Below are positions 1-9,674 of a stretch of DNA of 64,000 nucleotides, piece after piece (position 1 is the stretch's first letter; every line of letters begins with the position of its first letter). The notes under the pieces were generated by a model. The model was not told the DNA's origin, ran no database searches, and saw only the letters and a program-made list of their open reading frames with translations. Made by a program: the position numbers and the translations under genes. Location of the stretch: IMG/VR virus record IMGVR_UViG_3300028364_000013. One strand, given 5' to 3'. Source of the DNA: a virus (lineage: Duplodnaviria > Caudoviricetes).

Positions 1-219
1 CAGATGTATTTTTCCATTAAGCCTCTCTACAACATCAAGACCTTTGTTTGTTGTTGCAAAGTCTCCAAGATGAAACACTTCATCGTTTGGGCCAACTACA
101 GAGTTCCACTTTTCAACAAGATAATCCTCTTGTTCCTGTACTGTTTTAAATGGTCTATAAAATAGATTAAATCTATCATCACCATAATGAGAATCACTAC
201 TGAAGAATCTTTTTTTCAT
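1..219 (-). CDS. calcineurin-like metallophosphoesterase (partial, runs off window)
   Basis: Manual translation MKKRFFSSDSHYGDD...VGPNDEVFHLGDF: DxH and GD motifs. Confidence 0.75.
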   Translation of the reverse strand, partial: MKKRFFSSDSHYGDDRFNLFYRPFKTVQEQEDYLVEKWNSVVGPNDEVFHLGDFATTNKGLDVVERLNGKIHL

Positions 220-240
220 AATATATGTTTTATTTTATTT

Positions 241-555
241 TTAATCTTTCCAACTTCCTTCAGGCAAATCCATAAGCTGAAGATGTGTGTCTTCAAATCT
301 AACATATTTATTTGGAGTTTCACCACTAATTAATTTTGGTTTAATTTCAACAACAATTATCCACCACATCCAAAAACAACGATTTACTTTTGGCATATAA
401 TGTGACTTACAATTTACGTATTTGAAGTCTTTTCCATTTTCAACACTCCAGTAACAACTTTTAAAAGCTTCCCAATAAGGTTTTCTTCTAAATTTAGAAC
501 CTTTTGGTTTTTTTGAAATTCGTATTGAAATATTTTCGTTATTTACTAAATTCAT
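241..555 (-). CDS. hypothetical protein
   Basis: ORF in co-oriented run. Confidence 0.55.
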   Translation of the reverse strand: MNLVNNENISIRISKKPKGSKFRRKPYWEAFKSCYWSVENGKDFKYVNCKSHYMPKVNRCFWMWWIIVVEIKPKLISGETPNKYVRFEDTHLQLMDLPEGSWKD

Positions 556-561
556 ATCTAA

Positions 562-1278
562 TTATTTTCTAAACCAATAAATATTACCATCAGACATAGC
601 ATCGCCCCAATTGATGTAATCATCTCTCATTCCTTCATTAAAATCTTCTTTGTCCATATCATCCCAATCTGGGTCTGGAGCTGTATGATTAGTTTTTCTT
701 CTTTCATACTCTTTCCACCACTCTTTTTTTGAAAACCCTGTTGTATAATCAGGAATAATTCCAATCTCCCAACCACAAGACTTAACATCAACAGTAGCAG
801 GAAGTCCATACCAACAAATTTTTCTACCCTGTTCTGATTGTGGGTCAAGAAAATTATATACATGTTCACAAAGAACTACTTTAAGATACTCAGCTTTTGA
901 CATTGCAAATGACATACCTCCATCTCCACCTGTTGTTCCAAAAGAGTATACAAGTATTCCATTGCACCACATTTCACAAGAAGTTCTTCCACTAAATCTA
1001 AGTTCATCCCATTTAACTTTAGAATTAGTTCTTTGCTTAAATCTAATATCCCAAGATAACCTTTCTATACTTGATGACCATGCTTTAAAATGCTCACTAT
1101 CTTCTGGCGGAATTAAATCAACTGGAAGTCTGTCAGAATAATATAACCACCAATTTTTTGGCTCTCCATTGTAACCTTGATGTTCTCTTCCTTCTATGCT
1201 ATAAACATCATACTCTTTATCATGTATTAATACATGAAAAATTTTTCTTGGTGTTCCTATGTTACTTTCTGATTCCAT
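562..1278 (-). CDS. hypothetical protein
   Basis: 238-aa ORF, tight packing. Confidence 0.75.
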   Translation of the reverse strand: MESESNIGTPRKIFHVLIHDKEYDVYSIEGREHQGYNGEPKNWWLYYSDRLPVDLIPPEDSEHFKAWSSSIERLSWDIRFKQRTNSKVKWDELRFSGRTSCEMWCNGILVYSFGTTGGDGGMSFAMSKAEYLKVVLCEHVYNFLDPQSEQGRKICWYGLPATVDVKSCGWEIGIIPDYTTGFSKKEWWKEYERRKTNHTAPDPDWDDMDKEDFNEGMRDDYINWGDAMSDGNIYWFRK

Positions 1279-1280
1279 TT

Positions 1281-1508
1281 TTATTTCAATTTAATTTCCA
1301 AACTTTCTTTAAACCTAACAAGTAATTCTCCTACTAATAAATCATAATCATTATTTGGTTCAGCTGGAACATTTCGGGAAGGTATTTTTCCTTTTATGTA
1401 CATATTGTCAGTAGCTGTATCTACAGCTTCGATTAACTCTTCATCAGTTAATGTGCATTTTCTAAATGATACTATCGAATTCATATTTTTATTTTTTAAA
1501 ACTTCCAA
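1281..1508 (-). CDS. hypothetical protein
   Basis: ORF in operon. Confidence 0.6.
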   Translation of the reverse strand: MEVLKNKNMNSIVSFRKCTLTDEELIEAVDTATDNMYIKGKIPSRNVPAEPNNDYDLLVGELLVRFKESLEIKLK

Positions 1509-2037
1509 AATTTACTATCATTTTTTCCAATGATTTACTTATCTCTTTTTTTGATTTACACAAATGTTCAATCATCTCATAAGGACTTCCGCCTCTTGAA
1601 ATTGATTCGAATATCGTTCTGAATTCTGCATCGAACATGAACTCTTTAATAAAATCTGGTGTAAATTCTTTTTCTAAATCCTCCTTACTTATTCTTTTAT
1701 GGTTTTTATTAAAAGAATCCTTCCAACTAAATCTACAATCAGTATCTCTACAAATCCACTCCACATCAACTGGGTCATGTGATTTATCAAAATTGTTACA
1801 CTTAGGACATGTTTCTGCTGTGATATTTGGTTTGGTATTTTTTTCTAATAAGATACCATCAATAGAAAGCCAGTCTTTTTGACAAACATTATGAATTCCA
1901 CCAGAATAATCACCTTCTAACTCTACTTGGTTTTTTCTAATCCCAACCACCTTCATCATTTCTCTACCTTGATATAAATCAGTGTGATATACTTTTTGCC
2001 CTAATTCTAATTTCATTTTTATAAATTTATAAATCAT
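1489..2037 (-). CDS. multi-module hypothetical protein (Zn-ribbon; C-terminus paralogous to cassette ORF 15114-15362)
   Basis: CPKC...C..C motif; FDAEFRTIFES..RG..PYE.IEHLCKSKKE shared with 15114-15362. Confidence 0.7.
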   Translation of the reverse strand: MIYKFIKMKLELGQKVYHTDLYQGREMMKVVGIRKNQVELEGDYSGGIHNVCQKDWLSIDGILLEKNTKPNITAETCPKCNNFDKSHDPVDVEWICRDTDCRFSWKDSFNKNHKRISKEDLEKEFTPDFIKEFMFDAEFRTIFESISRGGSPYEMIEHLCKSKKEISKSLEKMIVNFGSFKK

Positions 2038-2055
2038 TCATTTCTATGAATAATT

Positions 2056-2289
2056 CTATTTTTCTTCTAACCAATCTTGATGCTCCTGGTCTCCATGTTT
2101 TATTTCTTGAAATAATTCACGCATAAGTTTTGCACAATCTTTCACTGGTACATTAAGTTCTCCAGCCCATTCAATGTGGTCAGATTCCCTTGTCCCATTT
2201 TGCACCTCTTCATCAAATTTGTTTGCAACGAAAGTAGTATTCAATTTAGTGTTTAGTAAAATTGTTTTTCCTGATATTACTTTATTCAT
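2056..2289 (-). CDS. hypothetical protein
   Basis: ORF in operon. Confidence 0.55.
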   Translation of the reverse strand: MNKVISGKTILLNTKLNTTFVANKFDEEVQNGTRESDHIEWAGELNVPVKDCAKLMRELFQEIKHGDQEHQDWLEEK

Positions 2290-2295
2290 AATTAT

Positions 2296-2538
2296 TTATT
2301 TTTCTATCCCCATACTATCAATGTGAGCAGTCGCAATATCTCCAGATTTTTTCACAGATGCTTCATGACTATTTGAATATGCATAAGCAATATCGTCAAT
2401 TTCAACATGCATTTTTTCAAATAATTCAATAAATTTTTTTAAATTATCATGTCTTTCTGGGTCACGAGAACCACAACCCAATGGTCTAATTGGCCCAACT
2501 AATTTAGTAATTACTTCGTAAATTTGTTCTGTCTCCAT
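2296..2538 (-). CDS. hypothetical protein
   Basis: ORF in operon. Confidence 0.65.
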   Translation of the reverse strand: METEQIYEVITKLVGPIRPLGCGSRDPERHDNLKKFIELFEKMHVEIDDIAYAYSNSHEASVKKSGDIATAHIDSMGIEK

Positions 2539-2736
2539 TTTGTTTTTTTTTAAACTTTAAACAATTACATTCTTCTTTTTTGGTTTTAACAAAAGGAATT
2601 CCTTGAGAAGTAAACTCAACTTCAAAAAATCTCCATCCAGATACCGTTCTAATCCACATAATCAGTTTATATTAAAAGTGATTCTATATTCATTTTGTGT
2701 CTATTTAAACTCTATCTCAATTACTCTTGTGTTCTT

Positions 2737-2949
2737 CTAAATTCCAACAGCCTTATCTTCCTTGCCTTCTTTTCTTAGCTTTTCAATTAAGTCAAGCCTA
2801 AGCTTTTCAGTATCTTCTACAGAAAGTTCTCCATGAAAATTTGTTGTTGGGAAAGCATTGTATCCAAGTTCATCACAAGGTTCAATTATTCCGACTGGCT
2901 CATCGCAGGTGCTGCAAATTGACCATATAAATACCTTTCTCATCTCCAA
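2737..2949 (-). CDS. hypothetical protein
   Basis: ORF in operon. Confidence 0.55.
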   Translation of the reverse strand: MEMRKVFIWSICSTCDEPVGIIEPCDELGYNAFPTTNFHGELSVEDTEKLRLDLIEKLRKEGKEDKAVGI

Positions 2950-3170
2950 GCATTAAAGAAGTTAAGAGTAAGTTCTCCTACAGAACATACATCCGCATCT
3001 GATTCCTCAAAGTCATCCAACTCTTCATTATAAGCGCCCAAGTGATTTTCAAGGTCTTCCTCAAACTTATCAAGCCTGGCAGCCTTTCTTTCTAATTCGT
3101 CAAGTACTTTTGAATCAATTTCTACTTTTACCATTTTTGTCTTTTTTAATTTCAAGACAAATATAAGCAA
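2940..3170 (-). CDS. hypothetical protein (start probably at internal Met)
   Basis: ORF in operon. Confidence 0.55.
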   Translation of the reverse strand: MLIFVLKLKKTKMVKVEIDSKVLDELERKAARLDKFEEDLENHLGAYNEELDDFEESDADVCSVGELTLNFFNAWR

Positions 3171-3172
3171 AA

Positions 3173-3568
3173 TTATTTCAAATCTTTAAGTTTCTTTGTA
3201 AAATCTTTTGACACTTTATCAGACTTAACGTTTTCATCAATTCTTTTCTGGCGAATAACATAAGCACCATAAGCTTTTTCTCCTTCAGCAAGAATTTGTT
3301 TCTTCACAGCATTTAAGTCATGAGAATAAATAACCTTAGTTTCATGTCTATCGAATTCATCAATAGCATTTTCGACTGCTGAAGAAAAAGTTCCTTTTCT
3401 CCAAACACTTCGTACATAATGCTTTTGGTCAAGAGAACTGTCTAATACATAAAACCTGTCTTCACTTGGTTTTCCTTTGGCTTCTTCGTTCTTCCATTGA
3501 GGACCTACTACAACCATATACTCAAGACCTCTTGATTCAAGGAATTGTTCTAAATTTTGAATTTTCAT
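3173..3568 (-). CDS. hypothetical protein
   Basis: ORF overlaps neighbour by 4 nt. Confidence 0.65.
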   Translation of the reverse strand: MKIQNLEQFLESRGLEYMVVVGPQWKNEEAKGKPSEDRFYVLDSSLDQKHYVRSVWRKGTFSSAVENAIDEFDRHETKVIYSHDLNAVKKQILAEGEKAYGAYVIRQKRIDENVKSDKVSKDFTKKLKDLK

Positions 3569-3975
3569 AATTGTTCATTTAATAAAAAGAAGAATGTCCA
3601 CAAGCGGTGCTCTCCTGATTGAATTTCTACTGTGAACTCCTGGTTGTTGTCGCTATAGCTTCCAAGAATCCATTCATCCTTAAAACCTTCACAATAGTGG
3701 TGTGAATAGTCTTCCTTTCCTTCTTTATGCAATAGGCTCAAAGGGAAAATTAATGGCTTTTTAGACCATACAGAAACCTTCCAGTCGTGAAAGTTGCAAC
3801 GAGTTATTATTGTCGTTCCATCCTTAAGAACAGTCTTGTATACTGGTAACTTAGCAGACTTTGAGGTGTGTTCTGATACAGCTTCAACAGATTCTACTTT
3901 ATCATAGAAAATGCCTGTGCCCATCAAGTCACGAAAGAATACAAATTGATTTGACATGGCTTTCTTGTAAATCAT
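3565..3975 (-). CDS. hypothetical protein
   Basis: ORF in operon. Confidence 0.65.
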   Translation of the reverse strand: MIYKKAMSNQFVFFRDLMGTGIFYDKVESVEAVSEHTSKSAKLPVYKTVLKDGTTIITRCNFHDWKVSVWSKKPLIFPLSLLHKEGKEDYSHHYCEGFKDEWILGSYSDNNQEFTVEIQSGEHRLWTFFFLLNEQL

Positions 3976-4090
3976 GTTATCTGGAGTGTTCTCCTCGTTT
4001 CTATTGTACCAAGCCTGAATTGGTGCTCAATATGTTTTTTGTTGCCAATCTGGCAATATTGATATATCTACTGCTTCCATAATTTTATTT

Positions 4091-4399
4091 TTACATGCTT
4101 GCATAAATTTGAAATCCATCTCCATCATCTGAGATTTCTACTCCATAAGATATAGCTTTTTTAACATCTTCTTCTGTAAAATCCTGGAATATTTCCATAC
4201 CACTTCCTATATACATCACATCATGTTCTCCATGAAAGAAATTTCTCTCACCTTTATTCTCTGGCTTGAGTTTATCATATAAAAACATGATAGCACAAAT
4301 CTGTCTGGCCTCGTACTGAGGTTCAATCAATGGGTCTCCATATGAATGTTCTTCTTCAAACCTTTCAAACCACTCTTCTAATTGTTCTTCGTTTTCCAT
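4091..4399 (-). CDS. hypothetical protein
   Basis: acidic ORF in operon. Confidence 0.65.
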   Translation of the reverse strand: MENEEQLEEWFERFEEEHSYGDPLIEPQYEARQICAIMFLYDKLKPENKGERNFFHGEHDVMYIGSGMEIFQDFTEEDVKKAISYGVEISDDGDGFQIYASM

Positions 4400-4401
4400 A
4401 A

Positions 4402-4593
4402 TTATCCTTTTGATGGCGTGTTAATAACCATTATTTCTACTTTCATTTCAAGAGATAGCTCTGCTTCACAATCTCCACAAATCTCCAACGTTCCATTGTA
4501 TGGTTCCTCACACAAGCTTTCTAATTCACCTGCAAGGTCATGTCCACAATTGGGACACTGAATATTCATTGTACTATAAGTTCCTATTTCCAT
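4402..4593 (-). CDS. small Zn-ribbon protein
   Basis: CPNC...CGDC. Confidence 0.6.
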   Translation of the reverse strand: MEIGTYSTMNIQCPNCGHDLAGELESLCEEPYNGTLEICGDCEAELSLEMKVEIMVINTPSKG

Positions 4594-4770
4594 TATGCTA
4601 ACATTTTTTTAAGTTCATCAAGTGTAATAACTTCCTTTCCAAGGCCTTTTGCTTTAACAACCTTGCTGCTTCCAGAGCTTGGGTCTTTACACACAAGGTG
4701 AGTAATCTTTGCGCTTACTCCAGAAGCAATAGTTCCACCTTTATCAACAATGATGGTTTTGAGGTTTTTA
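4593..4770 (-). pseudogene. orphan C-terminal BRCT fragment (NAD-dependent ligase tail)
   Basis: LKTIIVDKGGTIASGVSAKITHLVCKDPSSGSSKVVKAKGLGKEVITLDEL matches BRCT consensus; N-terminal strand and a plausible start missing. Confidence 0.75.
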
Positions 4771-5232
4771 ATTATTTTTAAATTTTCTATATAAACGTGC
4801 AACATTTCCACTTGTGTGGCATCCAATTTTACCTTTGTATGTTGGCACCCCAATTTTATTCAACTCTTTCGTTATTTGCTCGTAATTCAAACCCTTTTGT
4901 TTTAATTCATCAATTATTTTAAATATCTGTAAATTTTTCTCATCTGTCAAGGAGTCAATTCTCTTTTTTTGAGCACCTTTAACCCTATGTTCGTATTTAA
5001 GGTTCTCAGGCTTACCAAGTACAACCCCTCTCTCTTTCGCTCTTTTTAACCCCTCTATTGTCAATCTTCTATGCTCTGGCCTGTTCTTTAAACCATGAAC
5101 TTTACAATGACATTTTACACAAAGAGGTATTGTTTTATTTCCACCTCTTGATTTAGGTATAACATGATGATTTTCTTCTGCTGGCTCATCACATTCAAAA
5201 CAAATATCAGTATCTATTACAATTTTCGCCAT
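4768..5232 (-). CDS. HNH endonuclease with C-terminal recombinase-type DNA-binding region
   Basis: CFEC..HHVIP..RGG...LC..CH..VH; GVVLGKP and ITKELNKIG segments. Confidence 0.8.
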   Translation of the reverse strand: MAKIVIDTDICFECDEPAEENHHVIPKSRGGNKTIPLCVKCHCKVHGLKNRPEHRRLTIEGLKRAKERGVVLGKPENLKYEHRVKGAQKKRIDSLTDEKNLQIFKIIDELKQKGLNYEQITKELNKIGVPTYKGKIGCHTSGNVARLYRKFKNN

Positions 5233-5329
5233 TAATTATTATACGAATTTAAACCAATAATGTTTCATAAAAGTATGATAAAAATATAATTTTTACTTTT
5301 TATTTACTATTTATAAGAAACAAATAAAT

Positions 5330-5482
5330 ATGGGAAGACCAAAATTAAAAGAAAAAGAAAAGAAAGCAAGACTTGGGATTACAATTTCTAAAGAATTAAA
5401 TAAACTTCTTGGTATAGAGACACCTAATAAGTCTGGGTTTATAGAGAACTTAATTCAAAAATATTTCGATGAAAAAAAATAA
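5330..5482 (+). CDS. 50-aa ribbon-helix-helix-like protein (not in ORF track)
   Basis: MGRPKLKEKEKKARLGITISKELNKLLGIETPNKSGFIENLIQKYFDEKK; overlaps endonuclease start. Confidence 0.7.
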   Translation: MGRPKLKEKEKKARLGITISKELNKLLGIETPNKSGFIENLIQKYFDEKK

Positions 5483-6443
5483 TATAGTAAACCACATCAG
5501 CTATAACAAATTGCTTCAGGAATTTCACCCAAAAAAAAACAATGATGTTAAATTATTGGATTTTAGTCATGGAAGTCATAAAAAAGTCTGGTGGAAGTGT
5601 AGCGCTTCTTATGACCACGAGTGGGAAGCTACAATAAACCACAGAGCTCAAGGACGTGGGTGTCCATTTTGTAGCGGTAAGAAAGTTGCTGAATCAAACG
5701 CTTTGTCAACAACTCATCCAGAAATAGCAAAAGAGTGGCATCCAACAAAAAACACCTTGACACCAGACGATATAACTTTTGGTAGTGAAAAAAATATTTG
5801 GTGGAAATGCGATATTGCTGACGACCATGAATGGGAGACAACAGTTAAACATAGGTCAAGTGGAAATGGTTGCCCTTGTTGTTCTGGTTATAAAGTTGTA
5901 AACTCTAACTCTCTTACCACACAACACTCAGAATTATCAAAAGAATGGCATCCAACAAAAAATGGAGTAATAACTCCAAATGATGTATCTGGTGGTCATC
6001 GCAAAGTATGGTGGATATGTTCGCAAGATGGTAACCATCAATGGAAGGCTTCTATAAAAGATAGAATAAGAGGTAGGAGATGCCCTCATTGTCATTATCC
6101 TAAAAGCAAAGGTCACCTAAAAATAGAAAAAATACTTATTGATAATAATATTAATTTTGAAACAGAGAAAAAGTTTGATGATTGTGTGTTCAAAAGAATG
6201 CTTAGATTTGATATTTATTTACCAACCTTAAATGCTTTAGTTGAATATGATGGAAGACAACATACCAATGCAGTTGATATATTTGGAGGTAAAAAAGAAT
6301 TGGTTAAAACCCAGAAAAGAGATAAAATAAAAGATGAATATGCTAAAAATAACAATATTCATCTTTTAAGAATTTCTCACAAAGAATTCAAAAATATTGA
6401 GTCAATTGTGTTAGATTATTTGAAGGTAATTACAAACTCTTAA
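5469..6443 (+). CDS. putative homing endonuclease: tandem Zn-ribbon repeats + Vsr/DUF559-like nuclease domain
   Basis: Repeats HP.KN....VWWKC....HEW.......GCP.C; C-terminal RFDIYLP...VEYDGRQH. Confidence 0.8.
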   Translation: MKKNNIVNHISYNKLLQEFHPKKNNDVKLLDFSHGSHKKVWWKCSASYDHEWEATINHRAQGRGCPFCSGKKVAESNALSTTHPEIAKEWHPTKNTLTPDDITFGSEKNIWWKCDIADDHEWETTVKHRSSGNGCPCCSGYKVVNSNSLTTQHSELSKEWHPTKNGVITPNDVSGGHRKVWWICSQDGNHQWKASIKDRIRGRRCPHCHYPKSKGHLKIEKILIDNNINFETEKKFDDCVFKRMLRFDIYLPTLNALVEYDGRQHTNAVDIFGGKKELVKTQKRDKIKDEYAKNNNIHLLRISHKEFKNIESIVLDYLKVITNS

Positions 6444-7848
6444 CAGATTCCTCAATGATTTTTGCAGTTTCAAGTGAATCAAACTCTGTTTTGTCTTCTC
6501 TGATTTCAACAACAGATGGGTGCATTGTTGACCAATTACCATCCCTATCTTGAGATAATCCTTTACAGTTTATCTCAACAATTTTTCCCATTAATTTATC
6601 TTGATTATCAGTTACATACTGCATCATCTTTTCATCCATATTTGATGGGTTTGTTTTCAAAAATCCACAAGAACTTTCTAAACTTAGAGTAGAAATCCAT
6701 TTTTCATTTTTTGTTCCTGGAGTTCCCATTTGAAAGCCCACAATTTTAAGGTCAATGTTCATATCAAGCTTCATTTTCACTTGCCAATTAGGCTTCCCAT
6801 CTTTCCATGCCCCTTTATAATCCTTCAATATTGTACCCTCAAGACCTCTCTCAAGCGCTTCAATGAAATGCTCCATTGATTCCTTAACAGTTGTAACTTC
6901 TTTTGTCTCAACAAGCTCTATTCGAGTTGGTTGTTTATTAACAAGAATAGATTTCAATTCTTCAAAACGCTCTTTATAAGGTCTCTTTGAATTTTTATTG
7001 TAATACTCATCAACTGTGATAACATCCCAACATGTATAAACTACAGAGTCTAAAGCTTCTTGAAATGTTAAATCATCTTTTCCAAAATCAGACTTATGCT
7101 TCTTCAAAAATGCATCAATCTTTTTTTGAGTTTCAATAAGACCACGTTCATCTTCTTTAAGTTGAATGTCAACAAGAGACGAAACAATTCCATTGGCTGT
7201 TCTTCTAACTGGAACGCCTATAACTGTAAGTTCTCCATTTAATACAATTTCATCTCCAATATCAGATAACTCTTTAATAAACCTTGCATCTTTAAGTCCA
7301 TTTGGCTCTCCAGCTCTACTTACAAACTCCACTTCTCCGTCACGAACAATTGCGTTTGCATAGCGACCATCCATCTTAATTTGACTCAAGGCCACACCCT
7401 TTTTAATAATAGTCTCAACAAGTTTTTTATCATAAGACTTAGCTCCCATATAAGGAGTTTTTTCAACAAGGCCATCAATTACCTTGTTTACATTGGTTCT
7501 TCCCATTCCAATTTTTAAATCCTTTTCAATAATTCGAATAACAACATATTGGTCTTCAATATTTATTGAGCTTAGTATATGTTGAAGGTGATTTGTTGCT
7601 ACTCCTCCAGTGAATTCTCTTGATGATAATCTTGATAATTCATCAACAGCCCATCCAAGCCCTTTGTCTTCTCCAATGTATTGAAATTCTGGGATTTGTT
7701 TTATGTAGAATTTAACTCTCTTTGACATTGCTTGATATAGTACATCTTTCAATAACTCATTATCTGAGTATTTTTTAAGAATTTCAATTTTAGCATTTGT
7801 TCCTGGCTCTGCAGAAATCTCATCAAGTATTGATTTTATTGTTGTCAT
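6430..7848 (-). CDS. lig: ATP-dependent DNA ligase (T4 gp30-like)
   Basis: Motif I KMDG, motif III NGEL, motif IV EGTILK, motif V KMK, OB domain. Confidence 0.92.
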   Translation of the reverse strand: MTTIKSILDEISAEPGTNAKIEILKKYSDNELLKDVLYQAMSKRVKFYIKQIPEFQYIGEDKGLGWAVDELSRLSSREFTGGVATNHLQHILSSINIEDQYVVIRIIEKDLKIGMGRTNVNKVIDGLVEKTPYMGAKSYDKKLVETIIKKGVALSQIKMDGRYANAIVRDGEVEFVSRAGEPNGLKDARFIKELSDIGDEIVLNGELTVIGVPVRRTANGIVSSLVDIQLKEDERGLIETQKKIDAFLKKHKSDFGKDDLTFQEALDSVVYTCWDVITVDEYYNKNSKRPYKERFEELKSILVNKQPTRIELVETKEVTTVKESMEHFIEALERGLEGTILKDYKGAWKDGKPNWQVKMKLDMNIDLKIVGFQMGTPGTKNEKWISTLSLESSCGFLKTNPSNMDEKMMQYVTDNQDKLMGKIVEINCKGLSQDRDGNWSTMHPSVVEIREDKTEFDSLETAKIIEESVKSL

Positions 7849-7859
7849 AATTTTTGTTT

Positions 7860-7916
7860 TTAAGCTTCGTTAGCTTCTCTAATTTTAGAAACCAGTTCAT
7901 TTGTTGCTGTACTCAT
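7860..7916 (-). pseudogene. 18-codon stub resembling the N-terminus of NAD-dependent DNA ligase
   Basis: MSTATNELVSKIREANEA* resembles LigA domain Ia start (eL...i..an.aY); stop falls where Tyr is expected. Confidence 0.6.
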
Positions 7917-7925
7917 AATTTTTAT

Positions 7926-8141
7926 TTAATGTCTGGCAGCAATGCACTGCCCAGTTGGTTTAATATCTAATTCTCCTTTATAGTTTGTGAACTCCACCAT
8001 AATTCTTCCATATTGGTCAGCAAATCCACTAACGCAACCACCCATGCTACTTGGCATATTTGAATATAATTTTAGCCTGAGCCTTTTGCTTACTATTGAT
8101 TTTCTAATCTTTTTTCTAAAGCTTCCTTTTGGTTTTTTCAT
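7926..8141 (-). CDS. hypothetical protein
   Basis: ORF in operon. Confidence 0.55.
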   Translation of the reverse strand: MKKPKGSFRKKIRKSIVSKRLRLKLYSNMPSSMGGCVSGFADQYGRIMVEFTNYKGELDIKPTGQCIAARH

Positions 8142-9239
8142 TTATGCTCTTTTAAAACTTTTTAACGCTTTTTTGATTTCACTTGGAGTTGATTCCATAG
8201 ACATTCTCCAATAATCCATTCTTGGATTCATAATATTGTTATCAAATCCAACATTAAATAACCCATTAACGAAAGACATAACTTCGTCCTTTGGAATCTT
8301 TGTTCCAGTTACTTCCATGTCAGAAAAATAAGAATGCTTAACCTTTCCAGTCATGCCATCGAAACAAAATTCTGCAAGACCTTTGATTTCTTGAAATTCG
8401 TCTCTTGTAAGTTGGTATTGCTTTCCAGTGTAATCACCAGAATACATTTGACAATCTACAATTGTTCCTTCTGGAGCGTTAATTACTTTAAAGTCATTTT
8501 CATTGTAATACTTTTTATGAATCGCAACCTCAAGTGTATAATATCCATCACTCTTTATTTCTGGAAGAACTCCAAACTCCTTTGAATCTATTCGTGTTGT
8601 ACTTTCTCTTAGCTCAATCCAAATACTGTGGTGAAGAGAGTTGTATTCTCTATCGCCATCTTCAATATTTGAATCAATCTCTTCCTTGGCTTTGTCAGAA
8701 GTTTTGTTATCAATTACAATATATCCTGTTGGCATCTTGAAGTCTCTACTAACAACACAACTTTGGTCTTTAATAGAAAATTCTCCACCAATCCACGAGA
8801 AGTAATTTGAACTCCCGTTCATAAAATCTCCAATACTATCTCCAACTCTCTTAAGTTTTTTTATTGCATTAACAGCTTCTTGACTCATTCCGAGCCTTTC
8901 TGTTTCATGAAGAGTACATCCAATACTCCCACCTCCTGCTGGTGAAAAATCTTGGTCAAAATCTGAAGCTTCAAGTGTGTCAACAATAATATTGCCTTTG
9001 TATTCAGTAACAAGAACTTTTAGACCACTTACATTCTTTGGTCCATTATTCAATAAATCTGTAAGGTTTTGGATGTCACTCTCAAATAACTCCACTTGAC
9101 CTTCTGACCAAGAAAGGTCTTTCTTAGCTCCAGACTCTTTATAAAACTCAATTGTTTTTTTCTCATCATCAAGTTTCTTTTGAGTATAATCAATTGTTCC
9201 TTTGATGCTCTCTGGCGAATTTCTATCTCTCATGTCCAT
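8142..9239 (-). CDS. hypothetical protein
   Basis: 365-aa ORF. Confidence 0.8.
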   Translation of the reverse strand: MDMRDRNSPESIKGTIDYTQKKLDDEKKTIEFYKESGAKKDLSWSEGQVELFESDIQNLTDLLNNGPKNVSGLKVLVTEYKGNIIVDTLEASDFDQDFSPAGGGSIGCTLHETERLGMSQEAVNAIKKLKRVGDSIGDFMNGSSNYFSWIGGEFSIKDQSCVVSRDFKMPTGYIVIDNKTSDKAKEEIDSNIEDGDREYNSLHHSIWIELRESTTRIDSKEFGVLPEIKSDGYYTLEVAIHKKYYNENDFKVINAPEGTIVDCQMYSGDYTGKQYQLTRDEFQEIKGLAEFCFDGMTGKVKHSYFSDMEVTGTKIPKDEVMSFVNGLFNVGFDNNIMNPRMDYWRMSMESTPSEIKKALKSFKRA

Positions 9240-9642
9240 AAAATTTATTATAACCCCAATATGTATATGCCCTTTGAACTATATCTTGTAGCAAAGGGTT
9301 TTCTCTTAATTCGTATTCTGAATCTGTGTGAAGCGGAAGCAAATGTCTTGAAATATCTGCAACATCCTGAATTTGCTGTATGTGCTTATTGTACTTGTGT
9401 TCATCAAAAAGCAGTTCGCCTTCATCTCCTTTGATATTATTTATAACATCTTTCTCCCAATCATCAAAAGCACGAATGGCCTGTTCAAATTTATCAAAAA
9501 TCAATTTATCAAGAATGTTTTGGCTATTTTCATTAACCATTTGCTTCAACAGCCAGTATGGTTGTACTTCGAGATTTAGCCCCATTGTAAACAACTTGAG
9601 CTTGTGCTCTGGTCTACTATATTCTAATTTCTTTTCTTCCAT
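9223..9642 (-). CDS. hypothetical protein
   Basis: ORF downstream of promoter motif 9649-9675. Confidence 0.7.
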   Translation of the reverse strand: MEEKKLEYSRPEHKLKLFTMGLNLEVQPYWLLKQMVNENSQNILDKLIFDKFEQAIRAFDDWEKDVINNIKGDEGELLFDEHKYNKHIQQIQDVADISRHLLPLHTDSEYELRENPLLQDIVQRAYTYWGYNKFYGHER

Positions 9643-9674
9643 AATAGGTTATACGAAATAATTTAAACTATGTT

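Noticed and set aside
4593-4853. ORF-track 86-aa BRCT protein as an intact gene
   Set aside because: Its first ~28 residues are an alternative frame of the HNH gene's 3' end; only the distal part is BRCT-like
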